Below are positions 26,282-36,145 of a stretch of 64,000 bases of DNA, in pieces. The position numbers and the translations under genes were made by a program. The first letter of the stretch is position 1; each line of letters begins with the position of its first letter. The notes beneath the pieces were generated by a model that had not been told where the DNA came from, searched no databases, and worked only from the letters and a program-made list of their open reading frames with translations. This stretch comes from Archaeoglobi archaeon JdFR-42 (lineage in GTDB: Archaea > Halobacteriota > Archaeoglobi > Archaeoglobales > JdFR-42). The stretch is from positions 50,514 through 114,513 of the forward strand of contig MTND01000027.1 in NCBI GenBank assembly GCA_002010305.1, read 5' to 3'.

Positions 26282-27279
26282 ATAACATATTTCGAAAATC
26301 TGGACCCTTTCAGCTTTCTTTTAATGTACCCCACTACTCCATCAGGAAATACTGTGACGATAAGTACAAGGAGGGGTGCGACCACCAGTAGTTGAAATCC
26401 AGGCAACACAGTAGCAAGGTAATATCTGAGAATCCCGTATATCAGACCTCCTACCACTGGCCCAGCAAGGGTTCCAGCTCCACCCAGCATTACAATCACT
26501 ATGGCCTCAACAGTATAGATAATATTAAAGACATCTTCTGGAAAGACATAGGTTAGCTTCAGTGTCCATGCTGATGCTCCAATAAGACCAGCGAATACCG
26601 CACTCATTCCAAAAGCCATAACCTTGTATTTTGTTACGTTCACCCCCATAACTTTAGCAGCATCTTCGTCCTCTCTTAAAGCCATCAGAGCGTAACCAGC
26701 CCTGGTGTGAAGAGTGTATACTGTAAGAATGGCTGCAAGAATTCCTATGGCAAAAATGAGAATATCAGAAGCAAATGTGGACAGGTAATTGGCCATTTCT
26801 GAACCAAACGAGTCTCTTAATTGAGAGGATATGATTATACCTTCAGATCCACCCCATAGTCTCGCTCCCTCGATGAGGTATTTGAAACCTTCGCTTACTC
26901 CAATGGTTGCTATAGCAAAATATGCCCCTCTCAGTCTGAGAGCAATAGCTCCCACAGCCATTGAGAGTAAGATCGAAAATATAACCGCCATCAGAAATCC
27001 AACAACAATTATCCCACTACCGAGACCATCGTCGGTGAAAAGAGAGAAGGCCAGGGCCATTCCGTAAGCCCCCAGGCCGAGAAAAGCGACATAACCGAAA
27101 TCTACATACCCAGTCATTCCAAGAAACATATTAAGGGCTTGTCCGAGAACAACGTAAAACATGATAAACGCTATGGGCTGCCAGAGACCTGGAATGGATA
27201 ATCCAGCACCGAGCAGTACTATATAGAGCGTTAGAACCGGAAGTAATGGTTGGATATATTTTTTCATCTCATTCACCAC
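26278..27279 (-). CDS. livM: Branched-chain amino acid ABC transporter permease LivM
   Basis: Polytopic membrane protein with GQALNMFLGMTGYVDFG, typical of LivM. Confidence 0.85.
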   Translation of the reverse strand: MVNEMKKYIQPLLPVLTLYIVLLGAGLSIPGLWQPIAFIMFYVVLGQALNMFLGMTGYVDFGYVAFLGLGAYGMALAFSLFTDDGLGSGIIVVGFLMAVIFSILLSMAVGAIALRLRGAYFAIATIGVSEGFKYLIEGARLWGGSEGIIISSQLRDSFGSEMANYLSTFASDILIFAIGILAAILTVYTLHTRAGYALMALREDEDAAKVMGVNVTKYKVMAFGMSAVFAGLIGASAWTLKLTYVFPEDVFNIIYTVEAIVIVMLGGAGTLAGPVVGGLIYGILRYYLATVLPGFQLLVVAPLLVLIVTVFPDGVVGYIKRKLKGSRFSKYVI

Positions 27280-28159
27280 CCATCAGTCCAGTAGGTTTAA
27301 CCAGTAGAATTACTAAAAGAGCACTGAACGCCACGAATCTCGTAAGACTAAAGGGCTCTACACCTGGGATCAGTCCGAGGATTGTGTATGAACCGTTCTC
27401 CAGCAGGCCAAAAATAAAACCTCCAATAAAAGCACCCCATGGAGATCCAAGACCTCCCAGAACTGCGATAACAAAGGCCTTAAGGGTGTATTCACCTCCC
27501 ATGTATGGATTAATGCCCACTGGAATAAAGAGAGTAAGTAGAATACCCCCTATCACTGTCATGGCTATTCCTATCCCGAAACTCATGGCATAAATTCGAG
27601 ATACATCTATCCCACAAACCATTGCACCTTCCCTGTCTTCTACCACTGCACGAATTGCTGCACCAATACGGGTCCTTTGAAAAAGCATGTACAGGATCAG
27701 GGCTATTATGACGGAAGAAAAAAAGGCCAGAAGTTTTGTATTGGGGATTAAAGTAATACCAAAATCGACCTGGCCAATGTTCCAGCTAAAGCCTCTATGA
27801 TCAGGACCCCAGAAAAATTTAGCTACCTCCTCAATGAAAATACCAATACCAAAGGTAGCAAGAAGAGATGCAAGTTCTGGAGCTCCTATCAATCTCCGAA
27901 TAACAATATAAAAAATGCCAAGACCCAGAGCAAGACCTATTACGAGAGCTACAGGAATGGACAAAATCGGATTAACAGAGTATAATACAAACATCCAGTA
28001 GGCAACATAAGCACCTACCATTATAAAAGCCCCATGACCCACATTCACTATTTTCAAAACACCAAAAATCTGACTTAGACCCATGGTAGCAAGACCATAA
28101 ACGGCTCCAAGTATAATTCCATATAATAAATTCCCAGCTAACTGTTCAAAGAATACCAT
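27269..28159 (-). CDS. livH: Branched-chain amino acid ABC transporter permease LivH
   Basis: Polytopic; GLATMGLSQIFGVLKIVNVGHGAF is typical of LivH. Confidence 0.85.
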   Translation of the reverse strand: MVFFEQLAGNLLYGIILGAVYGLATMGLSQIFGVLKIVNVGHGAFIMVGAYVAYWMFVLYSVNPILSIPVALVIGLALGLGIFYIVIRRLIGAPELASLLATFGIGIFIEEVAKFFWGPDHRGFSWNIGQVDFGITLIPNTKLLAFFSSVIIALILYMLFQRTRIGAAIRAVVEDREGAMVCGIDVSRIYAMSFGIGIAMTVIGGILLTLFIPVGINPYMGGEYTLKAFVIAVLGGLGSPWGAFIGGFIFGLLENGSYTILGLIPGVEPFSLTRFVAFSALLVILLVKPTGLMGGE

Positions 28160-28188
28160 AGTATCACCATAATAAAAAAAGAAAAGGG

Positions 28189-29571
28189 TTACTTAGTGGC
28201 CATCTTACCCTGTTCCTTCTCTTCCCAAGTTGGAATCGGGTAATATGGTTCTCCAGTAGCTGCCTCGGGTGGCCATATAATAACTTTCTTTCCACCCTGC
28301 CACTGGAAAAGCACCATCTCATGCCCTAACTGTTTACCTGTTGTCGGATCGATCTTGAACTCTCCGAAGAATGTTATCATGTGGAGGTTATTAAATGCAT
28401 TTCTAATGGCATCTGAATCGGTGCTCTGTGCATTTTCAATGGCTTTTGCTATGGCAAGAATTGCAGCACCAGCCTCAGCGGCATGGTAGCTTGGTGTTTT
28501 ATCCTCTCCAGCCACCTCCTTGAAGTACTGCATGAACTCGTCCTGAGTCGGGCCGAAGTACTCAATTCCTTTGGCTTTTGCTGCTTCGGGGCTATACTTT
28601 ACTCCCACTTCCCACTGACCAGGACCAACAATCCCTTCTGCTTTAACACCTAGAGCATCATAGAATTTGGGCAGTGCAGGTGCTACGATGATAGATACCA
28701 ATTTGGCATTTATCTTCAATTCAGCCAGTTGAGTCGCGAGCAACTGACCATCGGCAAAATGTCCACCACCAAGGATTATATCCGGCTCTGCTGCTTTCAT
28801 TTCAGACAATAATGGAGTAAGATCTGTTGGGTTACGTGGATATGTTTTATCGAAGACCACTTCGAATCCAAGTTGCTCTGCATATTCTTTAGCTCCTTTG
28901 AACACAGCTTTAGAGAATTCAGAGTCCTCATAAACGAATGCAACTCTCTTTGCAGTCGGATCAATGGCCTTTACCATATCAAGGGCTCCAGTCTGATATT
29001 TGCTGGCTGGACTCAGGGTCTGCACCACGTAAGTGTATCCCTGTTCAAAGATCCTATCACTGGCACCTCCATGACTCATATACACTTTTCCATTTTTGTC
29101 AGCAATTGGTGCAGCAGCAAGAGTTAGGCCCGAACTGTATGGTGCAAGAAGGACATCTACTTTATCCACAGTAATCAGACGATCATATAAACTTTGAACC
29201 GTCTCTTTTTTAGCTTCATCATCGTAATACTTGAACTCTACTTTTACTTTCTTCCCCCCGATATCGATACCACCGTTAACATCGTTCAGCCATTTTAGTG
29301 CCGCTTGAATACCCCATAAAGACATTTGACCCTCATTCGCATATTTTCCAGATAAACTCAGAGTTCCACCTATAACAATCTTTTCAGGAACTTTGGCTTC
29401 AGGAGATGGTGTTGCTTCGGGAGCGGGCTTAGATTCTGGAGTGGGTGTCGGTGCTGGCTGTTTTTCTGCGCATCCAAGTATAAACAGCGACATTGCCACT
29501 ATCACTAATACCACAAAAGTCTTTTTCCAATTCATATCAAACCCCCATGTCATTCTCTTGAAATAAGACAT
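28189..29571 (-). CDS. livJ: Leu/Ile/Val-type periplasmic-binding-fold substrate-binding lipoprotein (likely start 29535)
   Basis: Lipobox-like LFILGC, then a Pro/Thr/Glu linker and a type I PBP fold (GGTLSLSGKYA). First gene of the livJHMGF operon. Confidence 0.85.
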   Translation of the reverse strand: MSYFKRMTWGFDMNWKKTFVVLVIVAMSLFILGCAEKQPAPTPTPESKPAPEATPSPEAKVPEKIVIGGTLSLSGKYANEGQMSLWGIQAALKWLNDVNGGIDIGGKKVKVEFKYYDDEAKKETVQSLYDRLITVDKVDVLLAPYSSGLTLAAAPIADKNGKVYMSHGGASDRIFEQGYTYVVQTLSPASKYQTGALDMVKAIDPTAKRVAFVYEDSEFSKAVFKGAKEYAEQLGFEVVFDKTYPRNPTDLTPLLSEMKAAEPDIILGGGHFADGQLLATQLAELKINAKLVSIIVAPALPKFYDALGVKAEGIVGPGQWEVGVKYSPEAAKAKGIEYFGPTQDEFMQYFKEVAGEDKTPSYHAAEAGAAILAIAKAIENAQSTDSDAIRNAFNNLHMITFFGEFKIDPTTGKQLGHEMVLFQWQGGKKVIIWPPEAATGEPYYPIPTWEEKEQGKMATK

Positions 29572-29649
29572 TCTTTGAATGGATGTTTATATAAAATATA
29601 AAGTTTTTGAAATCAAATCATATACTTCTCAGATATTATTCAAAAGGTT

Positions 29650-29684
29650 CTTACGTTATTTTTCTGATCTCTTACATTATTTTT
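29650..29684. repeat. Direct repeat pair CTTACRTTATTTTT, 21-bp period, upstream of livJ
   Basis: 29650-29663 is CTTACGTTATTTTT and 29671-29684 is CTTACATTATTTTT (13/14 identical). Confidence 0.5.
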
Positions 29685-29739
29685 TTAAAGAGAAAAACCA
29701 CTGAAATTTAACAAAACCTCCAAGAAAGGTTTAATGAGA

Positions 29740-29788
29740 TGCTAGATTAAAGGCTAATATGCAATCTATCCTGCCCATTAATCTAGCA
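29740..29788 (-). terminator. 11-bp perfect inverted repeat just downstream of the aIF2-beta stop
   Basis: TGCTAGATTAA (29740-50) and TTAATCTAGCA (29778-88) with a 27-nt loop; T-rich on the minus strand afterwards. Confidence 0.3.
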
Positions 29789-29794
29789 AAGGAC

Positions 29795-30205
29795 TCAGAA
29801 AGACCTTACAGATTGCTGTGCCCCGCACGCCTCACATTTAAGGAAAAGAATTCGACCTTCTTTAACTAGCTTCGTATCAGGTCGTTTGCACTCCCTGCAC
29901 ATAACATAAGTCTCAACATAATTTTCAATCTCTCTGTTTACCTCATCCTCGTCAAATACTCCTTGAAGAATCGCTCGTTTCCCATCAAGGACTCCTGCAG
30001 TTCCAAGGGATCTCAGCAGGTATTTAAGAAGGTGCTGAGGATCTCTATTTATTGCATCTGCAACATCTACAAAATTCTTAATCACAGTTTTACTCCCTTC
30101 CTTGTATCGCTTAGCTCTCGGGAGCTCGAAACGCTCTTTTTTCAAAACTTTTTCAGGCATCTCAGTATAAGCCTTTTCCAGTAAACTGTTGTAGTCATAT
30201 TCCAT
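29795..30205 (-). CDS. eif2b: Translation initiation factor aIF2 beta subunit
   Basis: YNSLLEKAY, C-terminal zinc ribbon CRECKRPDT...CEACGA. Confidence 0.9.
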   Translation of the reverse strand: MEYDYNSLLEKAYTEMPEKVLKKERFELPRAKRYKEGSKTVIKNFVDVADAINRDPQHLLKYLLRSLGTAGVLDGKRAILQGVFDEDEVNREIENYVETYVMCRECKRPDTKLVKEGRILFLKCEACGAQQSVRSF

Positions 30206-30209
30206 GATC

Positions 30210-32324
30210 TCACCTCTCTATTGGCCGATAATGTCCTGGATGAGGAGTGTATACCTCTCCATCCTTGTTCAACCTACTTAAAATTTCCCGTGTCCTTTCA
30301 CGAGGTACTCCATGATCTTCTGCTCTTCTGAAGATTTCTTCTTCAGGCACACCCCTATAGGACTTCCCCAGTTCTATAGAAAGCTCTTGATCCAGTTCAC
30401 GAATTATTCCTTTTATGGTTATTATTCTGTCTCGTTGACTTTTGGGAGTCCCAACAGCCAGTATATCTATATCGATTTGCTGGGTTTCAGGATCCAGAGC
30501 TATCTGAGACAGACATTTTCTCACTATCTGGATCACATTTTCCGCATCCTCGATGGTTATGATATCGCTCAGTCTCACTCTTGCACTCGCCTCTGCAAGT
30601 CTGACCAGTGCTTCAAGTTGTCTGGCAGTAATCGGGATTGCTGATTTTGCATCCTTAACGCTGTTCCTCATACTCACATAGAATTCTATAATCCTTTCTT
30701 TTGCCTCTTCACTTAAAACGGGAAATACCATCCTCTTTGCGTAGGCTATATACTTTCTTAGCAATTCGGGGTCTATTTCTGGCATTATAGGTCGAGATCT
30801 GCTATCCACATAATCCTGACTATATTCTGTAGTCACTAGGCTGTTCATTTTTTGAAGAATCTCTCCAACATAATGAGAGTTCAGAATATGAGTAGCAATA
30901 TCTCTGTCTCTATATTCATCAGGATCATCCGTAAGAGTAAAAATCAAATCGAACCTAGATAGCAGAGATGGGGAAAGATTGATCTGATCTCCTATTGGGA
31001 CATATTTATCGAATCTTCCATATTTTGGATTGGCAGCTGCAAGTATTGCACATCTGGCTTTAAGAATTGCATTAATCCCTGCTTTAGCAACACTGACCGT
31101 TTGTTGCTCCATCACCTCATGTAATGCACCTACATCATCAGTTCGCATTTTATCGATCTCATCTATCAGAGCAATGCCCTTATCTGCCATAACAAGAGCT
31201 CCTGCTTCCAATGTCCAGCGACCATCAAATTCATCTTTAACAGCCGTTGCAGTTAAACCCGCGTAGGTAGTCCCTTTTCCAGTGGTGTAGACTCCTCGGG
31301 GTGCAATACGATGAACATACCTCAACAATTGGGATTTTGCCACTCCAGGATCTCCTACCAGCAATACATGAATGTCCCCTCTAATTCTGGTTCCATCGGG
31401 AAGGACCTTTGGCAATCCTGAAAAAAGCTGTAGAGCAATAGATTTTTTCACTTCCTCGTATCCATAAATCGAAGGAGATATTGATCTAACAATTTTATCA
31501 AAAATGTGAGGATCCTCTTTAAGAGATAAGATGGCCTCTTCATCCTCTTTAGTAATTTCAAGCTCTTCGTACTCCTGCTCTAGTATTTCAATGGAGTTTC
31601 CCTCAAGAATGATATCCATCACAGGAGTTTTTTGATGAGAGACTTTTCTAACGTTAGCCATCAAAATGCCATTTATAATCACCCGATCTCCAGGGTTAAT
31701 GACTCCTGTGAGGTCATCATGAAGGATAACATCAAGTGTCTGAGGTTGTTCACCTCCTTTAAGATTTTCAGGATATTCCTGAATTTTAACCCGCTGAGAA
31801 TCTGCAGTAATGGATTTTTCCGGGATGAGATAAAAAGGACCTTTCCGTCTGCACTCGATACATTCATGAGGCTCTCTGAGTTTTCCTCCGTTTTGTTCCA
31901 CATAATTTATGTGGCCTTCTGGACACCGGAACGCTCCAAGGATTATTTTTGGTCTCACCTCAGTTATTTTCCTAACGATCCCTTCCACAGCAATCAGTTT
32001 CCCTATATGCCCACTCCTCAAATTCCGGATATCTATTTTACGAGGAATAGGAAGGTTTATTATCCTTGGATGGGCACCTGATAGATCAATCCCCTGAGAG
32101 TTATCCGTGATTTCAAGTCCTTTTTCTGCGTGAGCAAGCACTTCAGCAGGGTATTCAAGCAGTTCTTCAGCTATTTCATGCCTGAAAATGGAAATATCAG
32201 TGAAATTGATGAAGAGAGATTTGTCTCCACTCCCATTATCTCTTATTCTAAGGGCGAGTCTATTAACTTCATCCTGATAATATGTTTCGAAAAATTCTTT
32301 CCATATCTCAGGATCACTTCTCAT
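30210..32324 (-). CDS. mcm: MCM replicative helicase
   Basis: Zn motif CPEGH...CIECR, Walker A GDPGVAKSQ, Walker B IDEIDKM, SRFDLIF arginine finger region. No intein. Confidence 0.95.
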   Translation of the reverse strand: MRSDPEIWKEFFETYYQDEVNRLALRIRDNGSGDKSLFINFTDISIFRHEIAEELLEYPAEVLAHAEKGLEITDNSQGIDLSGAHPRIINLPIPRKIDIRNLRSGHIGKLIAVEGIVRKITEVRPKIILGAFRCPEGHINYVEQNGGKLREPHECIECRRKGPFYLIPEKSITADSQRVKIQEYPENLKGGEQPQTLDVILHDDLTGVINPGDRVIINGILMANVRKVSHQKTPVMDIILEGNSIEILEQEYEELEITKEDEEAILSLKEDPHIFDKIVRSISPSIYGYEEVKKSIALQLFSGLPKVLPDGTRIRGDIHVLLVGDPGVAKSQLLRYVHRIAPRGVYTTGKGTTYAGLTATAVKDEFDGRWTLEAGALVMADKGIALIDEIDKMRTDDVGALHEVMEQQTVSVAKAGINAILKARCAILAAANPKYGRFDKYVPIGDQINLSPSLLSRFDLIFTLTDDPDEYRDRDIATHILNSHYVGEILQKMNSLVTTEYSQDYVDSRSRPIMPEIDPELLRKYIAYAKRMVFPVLSEEAKERIIEFYVSMRNSVKDAKSAIPITARQLEALVRLAEASARVRLSDIITIEDAENVIQIVRKCLSQIALDPETQQIDIDILAVGTPKSQRDRIITIKGIIRELDQELSIELGKSYRGVPEEEIFRRAEDHGVPRERTREILSRLNKDGEVYTPHPGHYRPIER

Positions 32325-32437
32325 GATTAGTTATTTGTAAACGATTGAATATAATTTGTAGTTTATGACAGTAAACCGAAAGTAATAATAAGCAATGTGG
32401 GTGGTGGAAATGCAGTTTTCCATTTTCCTATGGAGGT

Positions 32438-33271
32438 CTATTCGTCCTCATCCATATTGATACCATATATACTCTCAATGTTGTCCACATGAACTGTATG
32501 GATCAGATCCTCATCAACTCCTCTTGCCAACATTTCTTTTGTTCGTCTTGGAACTGTTTTGGGACCAAGCACCGCTCCAGGTCTGTTTTTATCGTCCATA
32601 TAGTCACTTTCCATTACAAATCTAGGTCCTGCTTTAATGGCATCAAAGATCCCTTTTCCAGATATTACTGACGGAAACAGTCCTAACTCTTTAAAGCCTT
32701 CGATATCTGGGGGAGCAAAATGTTTTATTACCTTTTCTGGCTGAATACCTGTTCTTTTTGCCATATCTCTGATCTCCATCATACCTTCCTTTGTATATCT
32801 TTCAGTGTGGATTTGGACAGGACAGTTTGCATCCCTTGCAAGGGTAAAGGCATGGTGCATGACCTCCATACTTGCATCCCAGACCTCTTTACTCACCGGA
32901 TAGTGGGGACGTCCTGATTTAAGGGCAACGGCCTTTCCTTCTATAATAAGCTGTATCGCTACCTCTAATCCATCCATCATGATGTTTTTTGCCCTCTCTA
33001 GGCTATGGTATTGCGTTAGAATCGTCAGTTCTGCTGGATGGACTCCTATGACTGCATAAGCTCCTGGAACAATTTTTCTGGCCTGATCGACCATTTTCAG
33101 ATGTTTCTGGAAAATTTCGTTATAGTCTCTTCCTCTCGCTGGTGTGAGATTATAATGAGTTGAAAGTTTAGATACTAGAAACACATGGGTCCCTCCAGCT
33201 TTTCTGAATTGTTTAATGGCTTCTAGCCCAAGGTGATCATGGATATGCATATGGTTATCTGTTATGTACAT
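32438..33271 (-). CDS. TatD-related metal-dependent hydrolase
   Basis: ITDNHMHIHD N-terminal HxH, amidohydrolase-fold length, IHTE. Confidence 0.65.
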   Translation of the reverse strand: MYITDNHMHIHDHLGLEAIKQFRKAGGTHVFLVSKLSTHYNLTPARGRDYNEIFQKHLKMVDQARKIVPGAYAVIGVHPAELTILTQYHSLERAKNIMMDGLEVAIQLIIEGKAVALKSGRPHYPVSKEVWDASMEVMHHAFTLARDANCPVQIHTERYTKEGMMEIRDMAKRTGIQPEKVIKHFAPPDIEGFKELGLFPSVISGKGIFDAIKAGPRFVMESDYMDDKNRPGAVLGPKTVPRRTKEMLARGVDEDLIHTVHVDNIESIYGINMDEDE

Positions 33272-33402
33272 GATTAAAACCTGCCAAGTTTTCCATTAAA
33301 TTTTTATTAGATATCAATTTTTACGTTTCCATTCTCCATTTGTATGTCTATCTATAACCAAAAATAATTTAAACACGATGATTGTACACCAATCGGTGAG
33401 AT

Positions 33403-34677
33403 ATGATGGAGAGATCATCTAGGATCACAGGATTTTATAAACTTCCTCCTGAAGAGAGATTGAAACTCGTTAGAGATTTTGCTGGGCTTAATGAGGAAGA
33501 GATAACAGCTATCTTTACCACCGGTTCTCTCAGGATTGAACAGGCAGATCGTATGATCGAGAACGTTATAGGTACTTTTGAACTCCCTCTTGGAATAGCT
33601 ACTAATTTTAAAATAGATGGTAGGGATGTTCTCATACCCATGGCAATCGAAGAACCAAGTGTGGTGGCTGCAGCCAGCAATGCTGCAAGAATGGCTCGAC
33701 ATAAAGGAGGTTTTTTCACATCGTCTACCGGTCCCCTAATGATAGGCCAGGTACAGGTTACAGATGTAGCTGATCCATTTGGAGCGAAAATGGAGTTGCT
33801 AGCGAATAAAGACGCCATCATTGAAAAAGCCAACGAACAGGATCCTTTACTTGTGAAGTTAGGTGGAGGATGTAAGGACATACAGGTAAGGGTTCTGGAT
33901 ACCATCCGGGGTCCAATGGTAATCCTTCATCTCCTAGTGGACTGTAGAGATGCTATGGGTGCAAACGCCGTCAATACCATGGCTGAGGCAGTTGCCCCTC
34001 TGGTAGAAAGGATTACAGGTGGGAGGGTGTATCTCAGAATTATTTCAAATCTTGCCACATTCAGACTCGCCAGAGCTAAAGCTATTTTTGATAAAGAAGC
34101 TATAGGTGGCGAAGAAGTAGTTGAAGGCATTCTCAATGCTTATGCTTTCGCAAAGGCTGATCCTTATCGATGTGCCACCCATAATAAAGGTATAATGAAT
34201 GGAGTCACAGCAGTGGTTCTTGCTACTGGGAATGATACCCGAGCTGTAGAAGCTGGAGCCCATTCCTACGCAGCCTTCAATGGAGGTTATACGTCTCTTA
34301 CAACATATGAAAAAAATAAAGACGGGGATCTGGTAGGGACCATAGAGTTGCCTGTTGCAGTTGGACTCATAGGTGGGGCTACGGCGGTACATCCAGTGGC
34401 AAAGGCGTGTGTTAAGATATTGGGAATTAATACAGCGGATGAACTCTCCAGAATAATAGCAGCAGTGGGTTTGGCTCAGAACTTTGCCGCTTTAAGAGCC
34501 CTTGCTACGGAAGGAATTCAAAGGGGCCATATGACCCTCCATGCAAGGAACATAGCAGTTATGGCAGGGGCCAGAGAAAACGAGGTTGACATGGTTGTGG
34601 AAGAACTGGTAAACCTTCGAAAAATCCGGATAGATGTAGCAAAAGAAATTCTGGAAAAGATCAGAGGAAACAAATGA
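33403..34677 (+). CDS. hmgA: HMG-CoA reductase, class II (bacterial/Pseudomonas mevalonii type)
   Basis: [42 protein letters not shown] is nearly collinear with class II enzymes. About 424 aa with no membrane domain. Confidence 0.85.
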   Translation: MMERSSRITGFYKLPPEERLKLVRDFAGLNEEEITAIFTTGSLRIEQADRMIENVIGTFELPLGIATNFKIDGRDVLIPMAIEEPSVVAAASNAARMARHKGGFFTSSTGPLMIGQVQVTDVADPFGAKMELLANKDAIIEKANEQDPLLVKLGGGCKDIQVRVLDTIRGPMVILHLLVDCRDAMGANAVNTMAEAVAPLVERITGGRVYLRIISNLATFRLARAKAIFDKEAIGGEEVVEGILNAYAFAKADPYRCATHNKGIMNGVTAVVLATGNDTRAVEAGAHSYAAFNGGYTSLTTYEKNKDGDLVGTIELPVAVGLIGGATAVHPVAKACVKILGINTADELSRIIAAVGLAQNFAALRALATEGIQRGHMTLHARNIAVMAGARENEVDMVVEELVNLRKIRIDVAKEILEKIRGNK

Positions 34678-34688
34678 ACGAAAAGGTA

Positions 34689-34719
34689 ATATTGTCAGCT
34701 ATGCTGACAAATAGTAAAC
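34689..34719. repeat. Composite palindromic element, subfamily I; inverted copy of 2391-2421
   Basis: ATATTGTCAGCTATGCTGACAAATAGTAAAC is 31/31 identical to the reverse complement of 2391-2421. It contains the perfect palindrome TTGTCAGC-TAT-GCTGACAA (34692-34710). Confidence 0.85.
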
Positions 34720-34760
34720 CTTCATACAATATGATAAAAAATCTCCAGGAGTTGGAATAA

Positions 34761-35642
34761 ATGGATGGCATGGTAGTGTATATTGATGGAAAATTTGTTC
34801 CAAAAGATGAGGCGAAGATATCTGTATATGATCACGGTTTCCTGTACGGTGATGGTGTGTTCGAAGGAATCAGGGCATACGATGGAAGAGTATTCAGGCT
34901 TGATGAGCATGTAGACAGGATGTTCGACTCTGCCAGAGCTATTGACTTAGAAATGCCCGTTTCTAGAGAAAAACTGAAGTCTATTATACTTGAATGTCTC
35001 AGAAGGAATAACCTTCGAAATGCATATATCCGTCCCATCGTTACCAGAGGAGTGGGTGATCTTGGACTTGATCCAAGAAAATGTAAAAAGCCTTCTCTGA
35101 TAGTAATAACTCAAGAGTGGGGAGCCATGTATGGAGACCTGTATGATCGTGGTCTGAGTGTTGTTACTGTGTGTATCAGACGGAACTCATATGATGCTCT
35201 ACCCCCTAACATCAAATCTCTGAACTATCTTAATAATATACTGGCTAAAATTGAGGCCAACGTGAAAGGAGGAGACGAAGCTATAATCTTGGACAGCAAT
35301 GGATTTGTATCGGAAGGTTCTGGAGACAATATTTTTGTGATTAAAAAAGGAGTTGTAACAACGCCTCCAACAGTTAACAATCTAAAAGGAATCACTAGAG
35401 AAGTTGCTATAGAAATTATTGAGGAGATCGGACTGCCATTCAAAGAGGCCAACCTTGGGTTGTTTGATTTATATACTGCGGATGAAATGTTCGTAACAGG
35501 TACGGCAGCAGAAATTGCACCCATAACGCGTATAGATGGGAGACCAGTTGGTGATGGAAAAGTTGGAAAGATTACTAAGCGTTTGATGGAAGAGTTCAAA
35601 AAAAGGACAGAAGTAGAGGGGACGCCAATTTATGAGGGATGA
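34761..35642 (+). CDS. ilvE: Branched-chain amino acid aminotransferase (fold type IV PLP)
   Basis: [51 protein letters not shown] upstream. Confidence 0.85.
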   Translation: MDGMVVYIDGKFVPKDEAKISVYDHGFLYGDGVFEGIRAYDGRVFRLDEHVDRMFDSARAIDLEMPVSREKLKSIILECLRRNNLRNAYIRPIVTRGVGDLGLDPRKCKKPSLIVITQEWGAMYGDLYDRGLSVVTVCIRRNSYDALPPNIKSLNYLNNILAKIEANVKGGDEAIILDSNGFVSEGSGDNIFVIKKGVVTTPPTVNNLKGITREVAIEIIEEIGLPFKEANLGLFDLYTADEMFVTGTAAEIAPITRIDGRPVGDGKVGKITKRLMEEFKKRTEVEGTPIYEG

Positions 35643-36145
35643 AACCCATGAGGATAACCCTTGATCTAGAAATTAAGGATGTTCCTGGAGAGCTGATTAA
35701 GGTTCTCCATCCTATTTCAGACCATGGTGGAAATATCATAAGTATTGTACATAATCGCGATAAATCTACTCCGCGAGGTCGGGTTCCAGTAAAAATAACT
35801 TTTGAGATAGATAGGAAGCTTTTTGAAGGTGTTATGCGTGATTTGAAGGATAGAGAGATTGATATAATCAGAGTGGGTGAACAGCGTCTTCTGGAAAAAA
35901 AGACAGTGTTGCTTATCGGCCATATAGTCCATACTGATTTAACAGACACCATAGATCGGATAGATTCCACAGGGTTTGCCGAAGTGGTTGACTTGCAGTT
36001 AACAATGCCGGATCTAAACTATCCATCTGCAGCATTGGTGACTGTCTCAGCAACAGGGAAAAAAGAGCTAGGAAAGGCTCTGGAGATACTAAAAGATGTT
36101 GGTAAAAAGAAGAAAATTCTTGTAATAGAACCTGTAGAAACATGA
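35639..36145 (+). CDS. ACT-domain regulatory protein (precedes hom, overlapping stops/starts)
   Basis: [27 protein letters not shown] is an ACT-like beta-alpha-beta start. Translationally coupled on both sides. Confidence 0.5.
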   Translation: MKPMRITLDLEIKDVPGELIKVLHPISDHGGNIISIVHNRDKSTPRGRVPVKITFEIDRKLFEGVMRDLKDREIDIIRVGEQRLLEKKTVLLIGHIVHTDLTDTIDRIDSTGFAEVVDLQLTMPDLNYPSAALVTVSATGKKELGKALEILKDVGKKKKILVIEPVET

